A DNA stretch of 64,000 nucleotides, taken from assembly GCA_951406725.2 (NCBI GenBank), contig OX597820.1, positions 39,246,001 to 39,310,000 of the forward strand. The letters run 5' to 3'. The position numbers and the translations under genes are program-made. Source of the stretch: Octopus vulgaris (Eukaryota). Under the pieces are notes generated by a model. The model saw only the letters and a program-made list of their open reading frames with translations. It ran no database searches and had not been told where the DNA came from. Numbering within the stretch: the first letter of the stretch is position 1; the number at the start of each line of letters is the position of its first letter. Of the stretch, positions 51,216 through 64,000 are shown one piece after another.

Positions 51216-51796
51216 TTACGCTGGCAAATCGCTTTTACTATATATATGTACTCTATATATTTACAAACCGTTGGTATTATGCAAAAGTGTCGTAAGTCCA
51301 AAACATTGCTTATTTCAGAAAATGAAAAAATAGTTTCACCATTACATTCCTTTTTACATTAACAACAGTTTCAGCTTAACAATAATACTTTGTTAGGTAC
51401 ATGAAATCGTAACTTCATGCACGTATGATATTTTCAGTCAGAAATATTTTCGCAAAACTGTCGTATGTGGGACTTACTACAATTTTGAAAAATGCTAATT
51501 CGTTGTATTACACTTTGACAATTTTCATCTGAAGCAGCTGGAGATACGATAGTTTGACTAAAAGTACCTGCTATTGCAAGCAAAATTAAATGTTGAGAAA
51601 ATAACATCCGACAGTTTAACATAATAGCAACGATATGTACAAACGTATCGCAAGCATATTTATATGTGTACAAACGTTTATATGTATATCATTTAAAACA
51701 GTTGGATTCGATTCCATGCGAATGATTCTCAGGACTCTAACAGAAGCCCGTATCTTTTAGGCTATCTATTTATCTATCTATATCTATATCTATCTA

Positions 51797-51866
<70 letters not shown>

Positions 51867-51869
<3 letters not shown>

Positions 51870-52040
51870 TCATCATCATGGCTCGGCTTCGAGAACGAAG
51901 GTCAGGAAGGCTGTCCACGTCGCGTGCATGCACGCTCATGACTGACAAGTCCGATATGGGAAAGGCAGGTCCGTGAGCAGTGTCCGCAGACGAAGGTAAC
52001 ATCCAGTGTTGTGTCAGAGGCGGCTCGCGCCTTAGAGAAG
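51867..52040 (-). mobile_element. RTE-clade LINE 3' end with C-terminal C2HC finger and (GAT)n tail
   Basis: Minus-strand [23 protein letters not shown]...*, then a short UTR and gatgatgatgat running into (TA)n. Confidence 0.82.
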
Positions 52041-52300
52041 GAGAACTGGTAGCTTCATTAACACATCGGTCAAGATGCTTAGATACTTAACGACAGTTCT
52101 TCCGATTTCTTTACGTTCTAAGTTCAAACTCCGCCGAAGTCAACTTTGCTTTCCAGTGAGAAAATAGGTAGAAGTTGAGCACTAAGGTAGATATAATAGA
52201 CTAGCCCTCTCCCTTAATTTTCATGACTTATGCTTATACTAGAAAGGACTATCACTGCTGTTGTTCGAGAAATAAAATGATCGACAATATTCAATTAAAA

Positions 52301-52373
<73 letters not shown>

Positions 52374-53001
52374 ACAATCTAATCAAACGCATTATACATC
52401 CCGATCTCCTTATCGTTGGAGGCTATACTTTTGGCAAAAATGTTCTTTATGGTTTAAGTCTTTTTATCATTACGGGCTTCCATTTTGCTTTAAATTAATG
52501 TAAACTTTTATAGAATTCTGATATAATTGTTCCAAATTGAACTGTTATCAACTTTGCCTTTCACACTTCTGAAGACAATAAAATTAATAGAGCTAAGTTC
52601 CAATGATATACCGTAGGTTTTTCAACTGGCGATAACTCTCTCCTAAAATCTGTGGCATTGTGCCAATGTAAGACGTTATTATCTTTAATATTGTTACATT
52701 TGCTCTTTCTTTTATCACACTCGCCGCTGTTACAGCTTTGGTTACTTTTAATGTTCTTCCTATTAATTGTGTTTCTATATGAGTGTTTCGTTTTTTTTTT
52801 TTTTGTACTTCTCTTGTAGTTAATGTGTGTGAAGATGGACTTGTCACTGTTTGAAGTAACGTTACTATTAGTTTACGAGTTCATGGTGAATATATATATA
52901 TATACACGCACACGCAATCACAAACACACTCTATATCTTCATTTGCTTCCCCTCCCTATCTTTCGTTTTATATATATATATTTATATATACAGACATATT
53001 G

Positions 53002-53037
<36 letters not shown>

Positions 53038-53097
53038 GTTTCTCTGTATATGTGTGTGTGTGTGTGTGTGTGTACGCATGCATCTTTCTTACACGCT

Positions 53098-53163
53098 CTC
53101 ATTCACTCCATGCAAGTAGGTTTTGTAAACTCATTCACTCCATGCAAGCAGGTTTTGTAAACT
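53098..53163. repeat. 32-bp tandem duplication
   Basis: ctcattcactccatgcaag(t/c)aggttttgtaaa occurs twice. Confidence 0.9.
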
Positions 53164-54254
53164 TAATTTAGTAATTTCTGCTTCCCTTCCTGCAATGTGT
53201 ACATACCAGGTTATCGGTGTGTCAGAAATTGTGGCGAAGGAACGCAAGGTTTTATTATCAGCAATAGTTTTAAAAGTAGCCATTACCTACTTCAGTAACA
53301 TCATCCAATAACGTCTTATCTCGAGGGACCATTCCGTAAACATTTAACACAGAAATACTTTGATACGCATAAAACAAGGGAGAGTTCAGCGATTAATGGG
53401 GTATTGATTGTAAACATTGCAAATTATTTCTTACATGGGTTATTGCTATTGATGTTGGTGATGTTGGTGACGATGGTATTAATGGTGGTGATGTTGCTGA
53501 TACTGTTGCTGTTGCTGTTGTTGAGGTTGATGGTGTTGCTGCTGTAACCTATGATAACCTTCTTTGATCAGACCTATGATCTAAACCGTAATCGTCAAGA
53601 ACTGCTTTCAAGAATTTCACATAAACGCCTATATTAGCCAACGCAGTCATCCATTTCCAAAACGAGACTTCGACGCTATTTCTAGCATACCGGCTATTGC
53701 AGGTGTTACGTGTGCTTCAATTGCAATCATAATAATATTAAATTCTGATCCTCTTGGCTAATACTGAAATCCCAGTCTGATGTCATTTAATTAACATCTG
53801 CTAATTAACTTTTAGTAAGGGCATATGGCCTCGTGGTTCGGGTGTTGCATTCACGATTGTGGTTTCAATTCTTGAAGCAGGTGATTCGCTGAGTTCTTGG
53901 GCAAAACATTTCATTTCATGTTTGCTCTGCGATTTATTCGACACTTGAAGAGTGGCACACCATGCGCCTCTACAGGCACTGGACATTTGATGAGTGAGCT
54001 AAAGACAGTACAAACATTGGGTCACTATAAACAAATAATCTGTGCAGGTTATTCTGTAAGAAATTGTAGAGTTCTCATCTATGACTGGAGAGTCCACCAC
54101 CACCAATTAAATAATAAACTTAATTCAAAACTTTATTTCTCTTCTCTTCAAGAGTAAATGTTTTGTCTCATAAATTACTCAATGGTTTCAAAGCCAAAAA
54201 ATTTTCAGTTCTAAAATGTTGCTTAACCATAGATATAGCAGTGCAGTTGATATA

Positions 54255-54331
54255 CGGGGTGCGGCAGAAAGGTCGCTGCGATTTCAAAGGTTAATGAGTT
54301 GAAATCGGGTCAACCTTTCTGCCGCACCCCG
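54255..54331. mobile_element. 77-bp palindromic Tc1/mariner-type MITE with TA TSD
   Basis: TA|CGGGGTGCGGCAGAAAGGT...ACCTTTCTGCCGCACCCCG|TA, with an inner CGATTTCAA/TTGAAATCG pair. Confidence 0.88.
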
Positions 54332-54844
54332 TATTAAGATATTTTGGGGGCTTCGCAACGATACCGTTCATTATTTGATGTTAATGTTCATTACTTTGGT
54401 CAAGTGTCTTCTAATTTTGTCTCGTATTGAGTTCTCTCAGTAGAATCTGAAAGGCGAAAATTGTGCTGAAGCCTTTCTATGTGTGTATGTATGTGTATGT
54501 ATGTATGTATGTATGTATGTATGTATGTATGTATGTATGTATGTATGTATTATTGTGAAGTGATATAGTAATGATTGCCGTTTGCTGCTTTGAGATAACG
54601 GCCTATTTATTAAAAGGGTGCTCATTTTCGCGTTGTCAAAGTAACAGTTTGAGGATGAGAAGCGGGGACAGGAGGAAAAGGTGAGGAATTGGGAGGGGAT
54701 AAGGGGTGGAAGAGAAAGAGCAACGATTCGATTTCGATGACGACGGAAGGATATGAATGTGTTGACGATATTAACAATTTTGTCGCGTCTTATTCCAGAA
54801 ATATCCTTAAACTTACAAATAAATTTCCAACAGTCAAATGTTAT

Positions 54845-55170
54845 CCATGGTTAGATGCATTTGAAATGTGGAAACTCCATAGACTGAGCAGGAAATGCTG
54901 AAAAGATATAGTAGGAGACATTGCTGTACTAGAAAAGCAGATACTGCGAAGGCATATATTGTCGAGAATTAAGTCCACAGAGTTATCATATTTTGGAAAT
55001 ACGATGCAACACAAGTAACTATTCAAGACCTTTCTGACAGCAAGTTTGGAGAGGAGAGAGAGTGACAGGCCGCGAAAGATGTTTTTAAAGTGATGACTTC
55101 AAAGAATGGATCGAAATCAATAGGCTGTATAACTGCATGCGCCCATCACAACCTAGAGAGAACTGAAACC
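54845..55170 (+). mobile_element. Highly decayed RTE-like LINE 3' region
   Basis: LDAFEMWKLHRLSR, later YFG and RPRK-like segments typical of RTE C-termini. Confidence 0.55.
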
Positions 55171-56241
55171 AAGTGCCCTGCCTGTGTCCAAGATTTCCGC
55201 AAATCGAACCATGGACACATGGCTGGCACTTGACTGATGGCCGATGATGGTGTTATGTTAGGACGACATAACAATTAAGGCGAGGAATTTTTCCAACGCT
55301 CTAACGATTTTGTAAATTTTCAACTAGTTATAAAAATACTACGACAGCTACATTCTCTATTAAAGAAAACTGAAGATTTAGTATAATGGCAAACCAACAA
55401 ATTTTAAAGGAATCAAATGAATGAGCGAGCTTCAAATCTACAACTAGTTATAAAAATTTCTGACAGCTACATTCTCTACTCTAAATTTACCTCAAGCAAA
55501 AAAGGCGGCGAGCTAGTAGAATCATTAGCACTCCGAGCAAAAATGCTTAATGACATTCCTCCTGTCTACACGCCCTGATTTTCAAATTCAGCCGTGATCG
55601 ACTTACCCTTCCGTCACTTTCAGGCTCAATAGAATAGGCACCATTCGAACACTGGGATCGATGTAAGTGACTTACCGCCCCTACCCTGAAAATTGGTAGC
55701 TTTGTGCTAAAGTTTGAAATCAATTTACCCCCCAGAGAAAACTGAAGGTTTAGTATAACGACAAGCCTACAAAAATTAAACGAGGGAAGTGAATAAGCGA
55801 GCTTCAATGAGTCTGTATTAGTGACATTATATTTATTAACCAGCATACTACTTTCCTTCTAGTGTCTTTAAATCTAAAATTATGCTGAAGCTAGACTGAA
55901 TATATTATTCTTCATAATTGGTTTAGTGATTTGTTTACTGTGTATAATGCAGTATTTTCTCGACATTATTGTTGAAACAGCTGACAATTATATCATAGTG
56001 ATGTGGTGCAATTTGGTTGTTGTTGCTTAAACAGACATTAAGTACATAAGTATAGAAAAAATTAATGTCTAAACAGAAAGTAGAGACAGACAAAAAAATA
56101 ATAATGTAGTTTTCATAACGCCCGATATTAATTGAGAAAGCAACAGGCAATCTTTTGACTTTTAAGCCATCACAACTAACGCACGAACACAAACACAAGC
56201 GCACGCACGCAACCGTTTCTTGTTTCGCCCGAGGGTGTAAA

Positions 56242-56738
56242 GGTGGCTGTAAGGAAAAAGGCCGGATTTCCAGGAGTTCTCAGTTGAAGTGGCTGTCGGG
56301 AAAAGTGCCGGATTTCGAGGAGTTCTGTCCGGAGGTGGCTGTCGGGAAAAGTGCCCGATTTCCGGGAGTTCTGTGTGAAGATGGCTGTCGGGAAAAGTGC
56401 AGGATTTCCGGGAGTTCTTTGTGGAGGTGGCTGTCGGGAGAAGTGCCGGATTTCTGGGAGTTCTCTGTTAAGGTGGCTGTTGAGAAAAGTGCAGGATTTC
56501 CGGGAATTCTGTGATGTGGCTGTCGAGAAAAGGCGAGTTTCCGGGAGAGATATTTGGAGTTGGCTGTTATGAAAAGTGCTGGACATCCCCCCGATGCTCT
56601 GTTGGAGATGGATGTCAGGAAGAGTGCCGGATTTCCGGTATTTCTTTGATGAGGTGGCAATCGAAAAAAGTGCCGGATTTCCGGGAGTTCTGTGTGGAAT
56701 TGGCTGTCGGGAAAGTACCGGATGCCGGGAGTTCTGCG
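56242..56738. repeat. GC-rich minisatellite, ~38-39-bp unit, about 13 copies
   Basis: Unit approximately GGTGGCTGTCGGGAAAAGTGCCGGATTTCCGGGAGTTCT. Confidence 0.93.
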
Positions 56739-56740
56739 TG

Positions 56741-58015
56741 TCGTTAAATGAAATTAAATAACGTTATATGAGTGACGTTACATGGCGTTGAATGACGTTA
56801 AATGACGATCAAATGATGTGAACTTAAATTACATTAAATGACGTTAAATGACGTGACGTTAAACGACGTAAAATAACGTTAAATAATGTTACGTTAAATG
56901 TCGTTAAATGACGCTACATGACGTGACGTTAAATGGCCTAAACTGACGTTAATTGACGTGGCGTTAAATGACGTTAAATGATGTCATATTAAATGAAGTT
57001 AAATTAGGTGACGTTAAATGACATGACGTTAAATGACGTTAATTGACGTAGCGTTAAATAGGTTGAATAACGTTAAATGACGTGACGCTAAACGACGTTA
57101 AATGACATGACGTTAAATGACGTGATGTAAAATGACGTTAAAGGACGTTATATGGGTGACGTTAAATTACGCTAATTGACGTGACGTTAAATGACGTTAA
57201 TTGACGTAACGTTAAATGGAGTTGAATAAAGTTAAATGACGTGACGGTAAATGGCGTTAAATGACGTCAATTTAACGTCATTCATGTAATGTCATTTAAC
57301 GTCATTTTATATCACGTCATTTAAAGTCCTTTAACGTCCCTTAACGTCATTTAACCTCATGTCTTTTAACGACATTTAGCGTCACGTAACGTCACGTCAT
57401 TTAGCGTAATTTAGCGTCACCCATATAACGTCAATTAACGTCATTTTACATCACGTCATTTCACGTCATTTAAAGTCACGTTATATGAGTGACGTTAAAT
57501 TACGCTAAATGACATGACGTTAAATGACCTTAATTGATGTAAGGTTAAATGGCGTTGAATAAATTTAAATGACGTGACGGTAAATGACGTTAATTTAACG
57601 TCACTCATGTAATGTCATTTAACGTCATTTTACATCATGTCATTTAAGGACCTTTAACGTCATTTAACGTTACTTAACGTCACGTCATTTAGCGTAATTT
57701 AACGTCACCTATATAACGGCATTTAACATCATTTTACATCACGTCATTTAACGTCATGTCATTTAACGTCATTTAAGGTCGTTTACCGTCACCTCATTTA
57801 AAGGTTATTCAACGCCATTTAACGTTACCTCAATGAACGTCATTTAACGTCATCCATATAACGTCATTTAACATCATTTTACATCACGTCATTTAGCGTA
57901 ATTTATCGCCATTTAACGTCGCTTATCATCACGTTATTTAACGTCAATCAACGCCATTTAACGCTACGTCAATTAACGTCATTTAACGTCACGTCATTTA
58001 GCGTAGTTTATGTCG
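56741..58015. repeat. AAATGACGTT-based satellite, block 1, with internal inversions
   Basis: 10-bp core with 5-bp variants. Orientation flips near 57268, 57480 and 57592. Confidence 0.93.
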
Positions 58016-58233
58016 CCTAAGTTATGTCTATAGCTTGTCTATAGTTCTGTCTATAGTTTTAAACTATAGTTTTGCCTGTAGTTTGCCATAGAAATTTCAA
58101 CCTATAGTTTTAGCCTATAGTTTGTCTATACATGATCCATAGATTTTAATGATTTTTCTATAGTTCTGCCTATAGTTTTAGCCTATAGTCTTGCCCATAC
58201 TTTGCCTATATTTTGCCTATAGATTTAGCCTAT
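58016..58233. repeat. (G/T)CTATAGTTTT-based minisatellite
   Basis: Units of 11-13 bp with a palindromic CTATAG core. Confidence 0.9.
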
Positions 58234-58655
58234 ACATTCCAGATATTTCGGACATTACCGGCATTCCAGACATTCCGAACATCCCAGCCATACCAGATAT
58301 TCCAGACATTCCAGTCATTTCACCTGACTAATAAAATACAGTTCGCCAAAAGCAAGCCATAAAATAGCAGACATTTCACAATTCTAGACATCACCGGTAT
58401 TACAAACATTCCGGACATTCCACACATTCCATACATTCCAGACATTCCACATATTCCAGGTATTCCAGGCATTCCAGAATGACATTCCAGAATGACATTC
58501 CAGACATTCCACGCATTCCTGACGTTCCTTTATATGACGTGACAATAAATTCCATTCCATGTCGTGACAAGACGTGACATTCCATTTTATTCAAAGACGT
58601 GAAATGACGTGACATTCCATGACGTTCCAGATATTGAGGTATTCCACACACCCGA
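58234..58655. repeat. GACATTCCA-based 9-bp minisatellite
   Basis: Repeated gacattcca variants. They produce the ECL/ECV pseudo-ORF. Confidence 0.88.
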
Positions 58656-58659
58656 GGTA

Positions 58660-61600
58660 TTAAATGACGTAACGTTAAATGGCTTTAAATGACGTAATGA
58701 TAAACGACGTTAAATGACGTGATGTAAAATGACGTTAAATGACGTTATATGGGTGACGTCATTTAACGTCATGTCATTTAACGTCGTTTACCGTCACGGC
58801 ATTTAACGTCATTGAACGCCATTTCACGTTACGTCAGTTAACGTCATTTAACGTCACTCATGTAATGTCATTTAACGTCATTTTACATCACGTCATTTAA
58901 CGTCCTTTAACGTCATTTAACCTCAAGTCGTTTAACGTCATTTAACGTCGCTTACCGTCAAGTCATTTGGCGTAATTTAACGCAACACATATAACGCAAT
59001 TTAACGTCATTTTACATCACGTCATTTATCGTCATTTAACGTCATGTCATTTAACGTCATTTAACGTCGTTTAACGTCCTTTAACGTTATTCAACGCCAT
59101 GTAACGTAATGTCTATTAACGTCATTTAACGTTACGTCATTTAGCCTAATTTAACGTCACACATATATAGTCATTTAACGTCATTTTAAATCACGTTATT
59201 TAACGTCATTGAACATCATGACATTTAACGTCATTTAACATCATTTACCGTCACGTCATTTAACGTCATTTAACGTCATTTTAAATCACGTCATTTAACG
59301 ACACATCATTTAACGTCACGTAATTTAGGGTAATTTATCGTCACACACATATAGTCATTTAACGTCATTTAACGTCATTTAACGTCATGTCATTTAACGT
59401 CATTTAACATCGTTTAACGTCATTTAACGCCATTTAGCGTTGCGTCAATTAGCGTCATTTAGCGTCACGTCATTTAGCGTCACGTCATTTAGCGTAACTA
59501 AACATCACCCATATAACAACATTTAACGTCATTTTACATCACATCATTTAGTGTCATTTAACGTCACGTCATTTAACGTATTTTAATGTCACCCATATAA
59601 CGTCATTTAACGTCATTTAACATCATGACATTTAACGTCATGTAACGTCGTTTACCGTCAAGTCATTTAACGTCATTTTAAATCACGTCATTTTACGTCA
59701 TTTAACGTCATGTCATTTAACGTCATTTAACGTCGTTTACCGTCACATCAATTAACGTCATTTAACGTCACGTCATTTAGCGTAACTTAACTTCACCCAT
59801 ATAGCGTCATATAATGTCATTTTACATCACGTCATTTGACTTCATTTAACGTCATTTAACGTCATTCAACGTCACGTCATTTAGCGTATCTTAACGTTAC
59901 CCATATAACGTCATTTAACGTCATTTTACATCACCTCATTTAACGTCATTTAACATCATGACATTTAACGTCATTCAACGTCGTTTACCGTAACGTCATT
60001 TAACGTCATTAAACGTCATTTTAAATCACGTCATTTAACGTCATGTCAGTTAACGTCACTTAACATCGTTTACCGCTGTATCATTTAATGTCATTTAACG
60101 TCACGTCATTTAGCGTAATTTAACATCACACATATAAATGACGTCATTTAACGTCATTTTAAGTCACGTTATTTATCACGTCATGTCATTTAACGTCATT
60201 TAACGTCGTTTAACGTCATTCAACGTCGTTTACCATCACTTCATTTAATGTCATATAACGTCATTTACCGTCGTTTGACGTCATTCAACGCCATTTAGCG
60301 TTACGTCAATTATCGTCATTTAGCGTTACGTCATTTAACGTAACTTAACGTCACCAATATAACGTCATTTAACGTCATTTTACATCACGTCATTTAACGT
60401 TATTTATCGTCATTTTACATCACGTCATTTAACGTCATTTAACATGACATTTAACATCATTTAAAGTCATTTAACCTCATTTAACGTCATTTTAAATCAC
60501 GTCATTTAACGTCAGTTAACGTCATGTCATTCAACGTTGTTTACCGTCGTTTACCGTCACATCAGTTAACGTCTTTTAACGTCAAGTCATTTAACGTCAT
60601 TTAACGTCGTTTACCGTCACGTCATTTAACGTCACGTCATTTAGCGTATTTTAACGTCACACATATAACGTCATTTAGCGTCATTTTACATCACCTCATT
60701 TAACGTCATGTCATTTAACGTCATTTAACGTCGTTTACCTTCACATCATTTAAGGTCATTTAATGTCATTTTAAATCACATCATTTAACGTCATTTAATG
60801 TAATTTTAAATCACATCATTTAACGTCATTTAGCGTCATGTCAGTTAACGTCACTTAACGTCGTTAACCGTCACATCATTTAACGTCATTTAACGTCATT
60901 TAGCGTAATTTAACGTCACACATATAAAGATAGTTAACGTCATTTAACGTCATGTCATTAAACATCATTAATGTCGTTTAACGTCATTCAACGCCATTTA
61001 ACTTTACGTCAATTAGCGTCATTTAGCGTCACGTCATTTAGCGTAACTTAATGTGACCCATATAACGTCATTTAACGTTATGTTACATGACGTCATTTAA
61101 CATAATTTAACGTCATGACATTTAACCTCATTTAACGTCGTTTAGCGTCACGTCATTTAACGTCATTTTAAATCACGTCATTTAACGTTATGTCATTTAA
61201 TCTCATTTAACGTCATTTCACGTCGTTTACCATCACATCATTTAACGTCATTTAACGTCACGTCATTTAGCGTAATTTAACGTCACATGTATAAAGTCAT
61301 TTAATGTCATTTTAAATCACGTCTTTAACGTCATTTAAAGTCATGTCATTTAACGTCATTCAACGTGGTTTAACGTCATGCAACGTCATTTACCGTCATG
61401 TCATTTAACGTCATTTAACGTCACGTCATTTAGCTTAAATTAACGACACCCATGTAACGTCATTTAACGTCATTTTACATCACGTCATTTAACTTCGTTT
61501 AACGTCATTTAACGTCGTTTACCATCACGTCATTTAACGTCATTTAACGCCATTTTAAATCATGTCACATAACGTCATTTAAAGTCATTTAACGTCGTTT

Positions 61601-62410
61601 ACAGTCACATCATTTAACGTCACGTTATTTAGCGTAATTTATCGTCACACATATATAGTCATTTAACGTCATTTTAAATCACGTCATTTAACGTTGTTGC
61701 CCGTCACATCATTTAACGTCACGTCATTTAGCGTAATTTATCGTCACATATTTATAGTAATTTAACGTCAATTTATATCACGTCATTTAACGTCATCTCA
61801 TTTAACGTCATTTAACGTCATTCAACGCCTTTTAACGTTACGTCAATTAACGTCATTTAGCGTAACTTTACCTCACCCATATAACATCATTTAACGTGAT
61901 TTTACATCAAGTCATTTCATGACATGACGCTAAATGACGTTAATGACTTGATGTAAAATGACGTTAAATGACGCTATATGGATGACGTTAAGTTACGCTA
62001 ATTGACGTAACGCTAAATGACGTTAATTGTCGTAACGTTAAATGGCGTTGAATGACGTTAAACGACGTTAAATGACTTTAAATGAGATGACGTTAAATGA
62101 CGTTAAATGACGTAATTTAAAATGACGTTTAATGACTATAAATGTGTGACGATAAATTATGCTAAATGATGTGACGTGAAATGACGTTAAATGATGTGAC
62201 GGTAAACGACGTTAAATGACGTGATTTAAAATGACATTAAATGACTATGTATGTGTGACGATAAATTACGCTAAATGACATTTAACGTCATTTAACGTCA
62301 TTTAACGTTATTTACTGTCACATCATTTAACGTCATTTAACGTCACGTTATTTAGAGTAATTTAACGTCACCCATATAACGTCATTTAACGTCATTTTAC
62401 ATCACGTCAC
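58660..62410. repeat. AACGTCATTT-based satellite, block 2, with higher-order units and inversions
   Basis: Recurring higher-order landmarks (tagcgtaatttaacgtcacccatataacgtc, ttttacatcacg, ttttaaatcacg, gtttaccgtcac). Orientation flips near 58757, 61919 and 62280. Confidence 0.95.
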
Positions 62411-62780
62411 TAAAACTATAGGCAGGACTAAAACTATAGGCTAAAACTATAGATAGGACTATAGACTGACAAAATAGGCTAAAACTACAGGCAAATCTAT
62501 AGGCGACAAAAACTATAGGCAGACTATTGACGGCAAAAACTTTAGGCTAAAACTATAGATAAACTTTAGATAAATTATAGATAATCTATAGGCTGAAATT
62601 ACTAAAACTATTGGTAGAACTATAGACAAGATACAGGCAAAACTATAGGCGGCAAAAACTATAGGCTGAACTTATAGTTTCCTGCTTATAGTTTAAGCTA
62701 TCGTTTGCCTATAGTTTTTGTTGCCTAAATCTTTGTCTATAGTTTCAGCCTATTGTTTGCCTATAGTTTTAGCCTATAGT
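62411..62780. repeat. AAAACTATAGG-based minisatellite (inverse of 58016-58233), flipping near 62672
   Basis: Directly visible. Confidence 0.9.
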
Positions 62781-62828
62781 TATTATTTATCAAGCGTATA
62801 TATATATAAATATATATATATATATGTA

Positions 62829-62893
<65 letters not shown>

Positions 62894-63631
62894 TTATATA
62901 TATATATATGTGTGTGTGAGAGACGGACTTTCACACAGCCTCAGTCTACTAAGTTCATTCACAAGGCTTCGGTGTGTCTGAGGCTAATAATTGACACTTA
63001 GCCAAGGTGTCTCGCAGTGGGGCTGAACCTAAGACCACATGACCGGGAAGCAAGCTTCGTAACAGGACAGCCATGCCTGCATTTATGAGTATGTGAGTGT
63101 GTATGTGTGTGTGCGTGCGAATAAAGAACGCGTCAATGTGTGTATGTGTGCATAAAATGAATGACATTTTAGACGAATTTGTGGCGATTGAACACATTTC
63201 TCTGTAAGACAGGATGATGGAACAAATTTGTTTTGAATGAATGAAAGATGGACGGAAGGAAAGAAGGAAGGAAGGAAGGAAGTAAAGAAGGAAGGAAGGA
63301 AGGAATGGGTAACTGATGAAATAATGATGGAGGATATTAATCAAGGATTGAGTTATTAATTAAATAGATGATAAATGAATGAGTTAGGAAACAACCTGTG
63401 TAAATAAGTCACTGAATGAATAATTAAATAATAGACTTAACAAATGAGTAAGAGAAAATATAATTTGAATGAATGAATGAATGAGTGAGTGAGTGAATGG
63501 ACAGAGAAAGGAATGAATGATTCGTTACATGAATGAGTCAATATAAATAAGTAAATAAATCAGTGAAAGCCTCGATCAATGAATCAATTGTTTTTCGTAT
63601 TATTTCATATAGTTGTAGTTTCTCATAGGTG

Positions 63632-63950
63632 AAGGCGTGGTTAGTAGTATTCGGCTCAAGATTATGACGTCGGAAGTTCGATTCCCGGCGGCTCGCTTTG
63701 TCTTTGAGCCACTCGAGATACATTATTTCACGTTTGTCCGGTCCACTCGACTAGCAAATATGAGTTGTACCTATAACTGTTATACTCTTTCTCATGCTGT
63801 ATCACCCCCGAGAACTACGTTAAGGGTACACGTAATTTTGAAGTCATCAGCCTCTTGCACGCTAATTCCACGAGCAGTCTGTTCTGTTGATCCGATCAAC
63901 TGGAATCATCGTCGTCGTAAACGACGGAGTGCCACCAAAAGAGTTTCTTA
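63632..63950 (+). mobile_element. tRNA-derived SINE (family 2)
   Basis: GGCGTGGTTAGTAG, AAGTTCGATTCCCGG (B-box-like), CTTTGAGC...ACATTATTTCACGTT. Confidence 0.7.
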
Positions 63951-64000
63951 TAGAGGAACATTTGAAGGAGTAGTAGGTGCAGGAGTGACTCTCTGGTGGT

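Noticed and set aside
56155-56761. Repetitive ORFs, or a CRISPR-like array of ~38-bp repeats
   Set aside because: The units are contiguous with no unique spacers, the context is eukaryotic and there are no cas genes. It is a minisatellite.

Overview
AT-rich, microsatellite-dense eukaryotic DNA with no recognisable host protein-coding gene. The SINE repertoire and simple repeats suggest a coleoid cephalopod, most likely Octopus (inference). The window is a nest of transposable elements: mariner and maT/DD37D remnants, a near-full-length but frameshifted Tx1/L1-clade LINE, R4/Dong-like and RTE fragments, Penelope-like GIY-YIG fragments, a decayed Helitron PIF1 helicase, tRNA-derived SINEs, MITEs and a 6.5-kb composite satellite. 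Two systems stand out. (1) At 4434-14173 a short non-autonomous Helitron is split at one site by three head-to-tail retroelements: the Tx1-like LINE and two copies of a ~1.9-kb element. That element encodes only a divergent ORF1/Gag-knuckle protein and shares the LINE's 3' tail ('half-Tx1'). Each junction carries the same AGACTGGAAT-type target sequence. (2) Several distinct type-I hammerhead ribozymes with palindromic helix III occur in Penelope/retrozyme-like units. One lies in a terminally redundant 544-bp unit, and two inverted repeats each carry an outward-facing ribozyme pair. Coordinates of decayed elements are approximate, and all homology calls come from motif recognition by eye.
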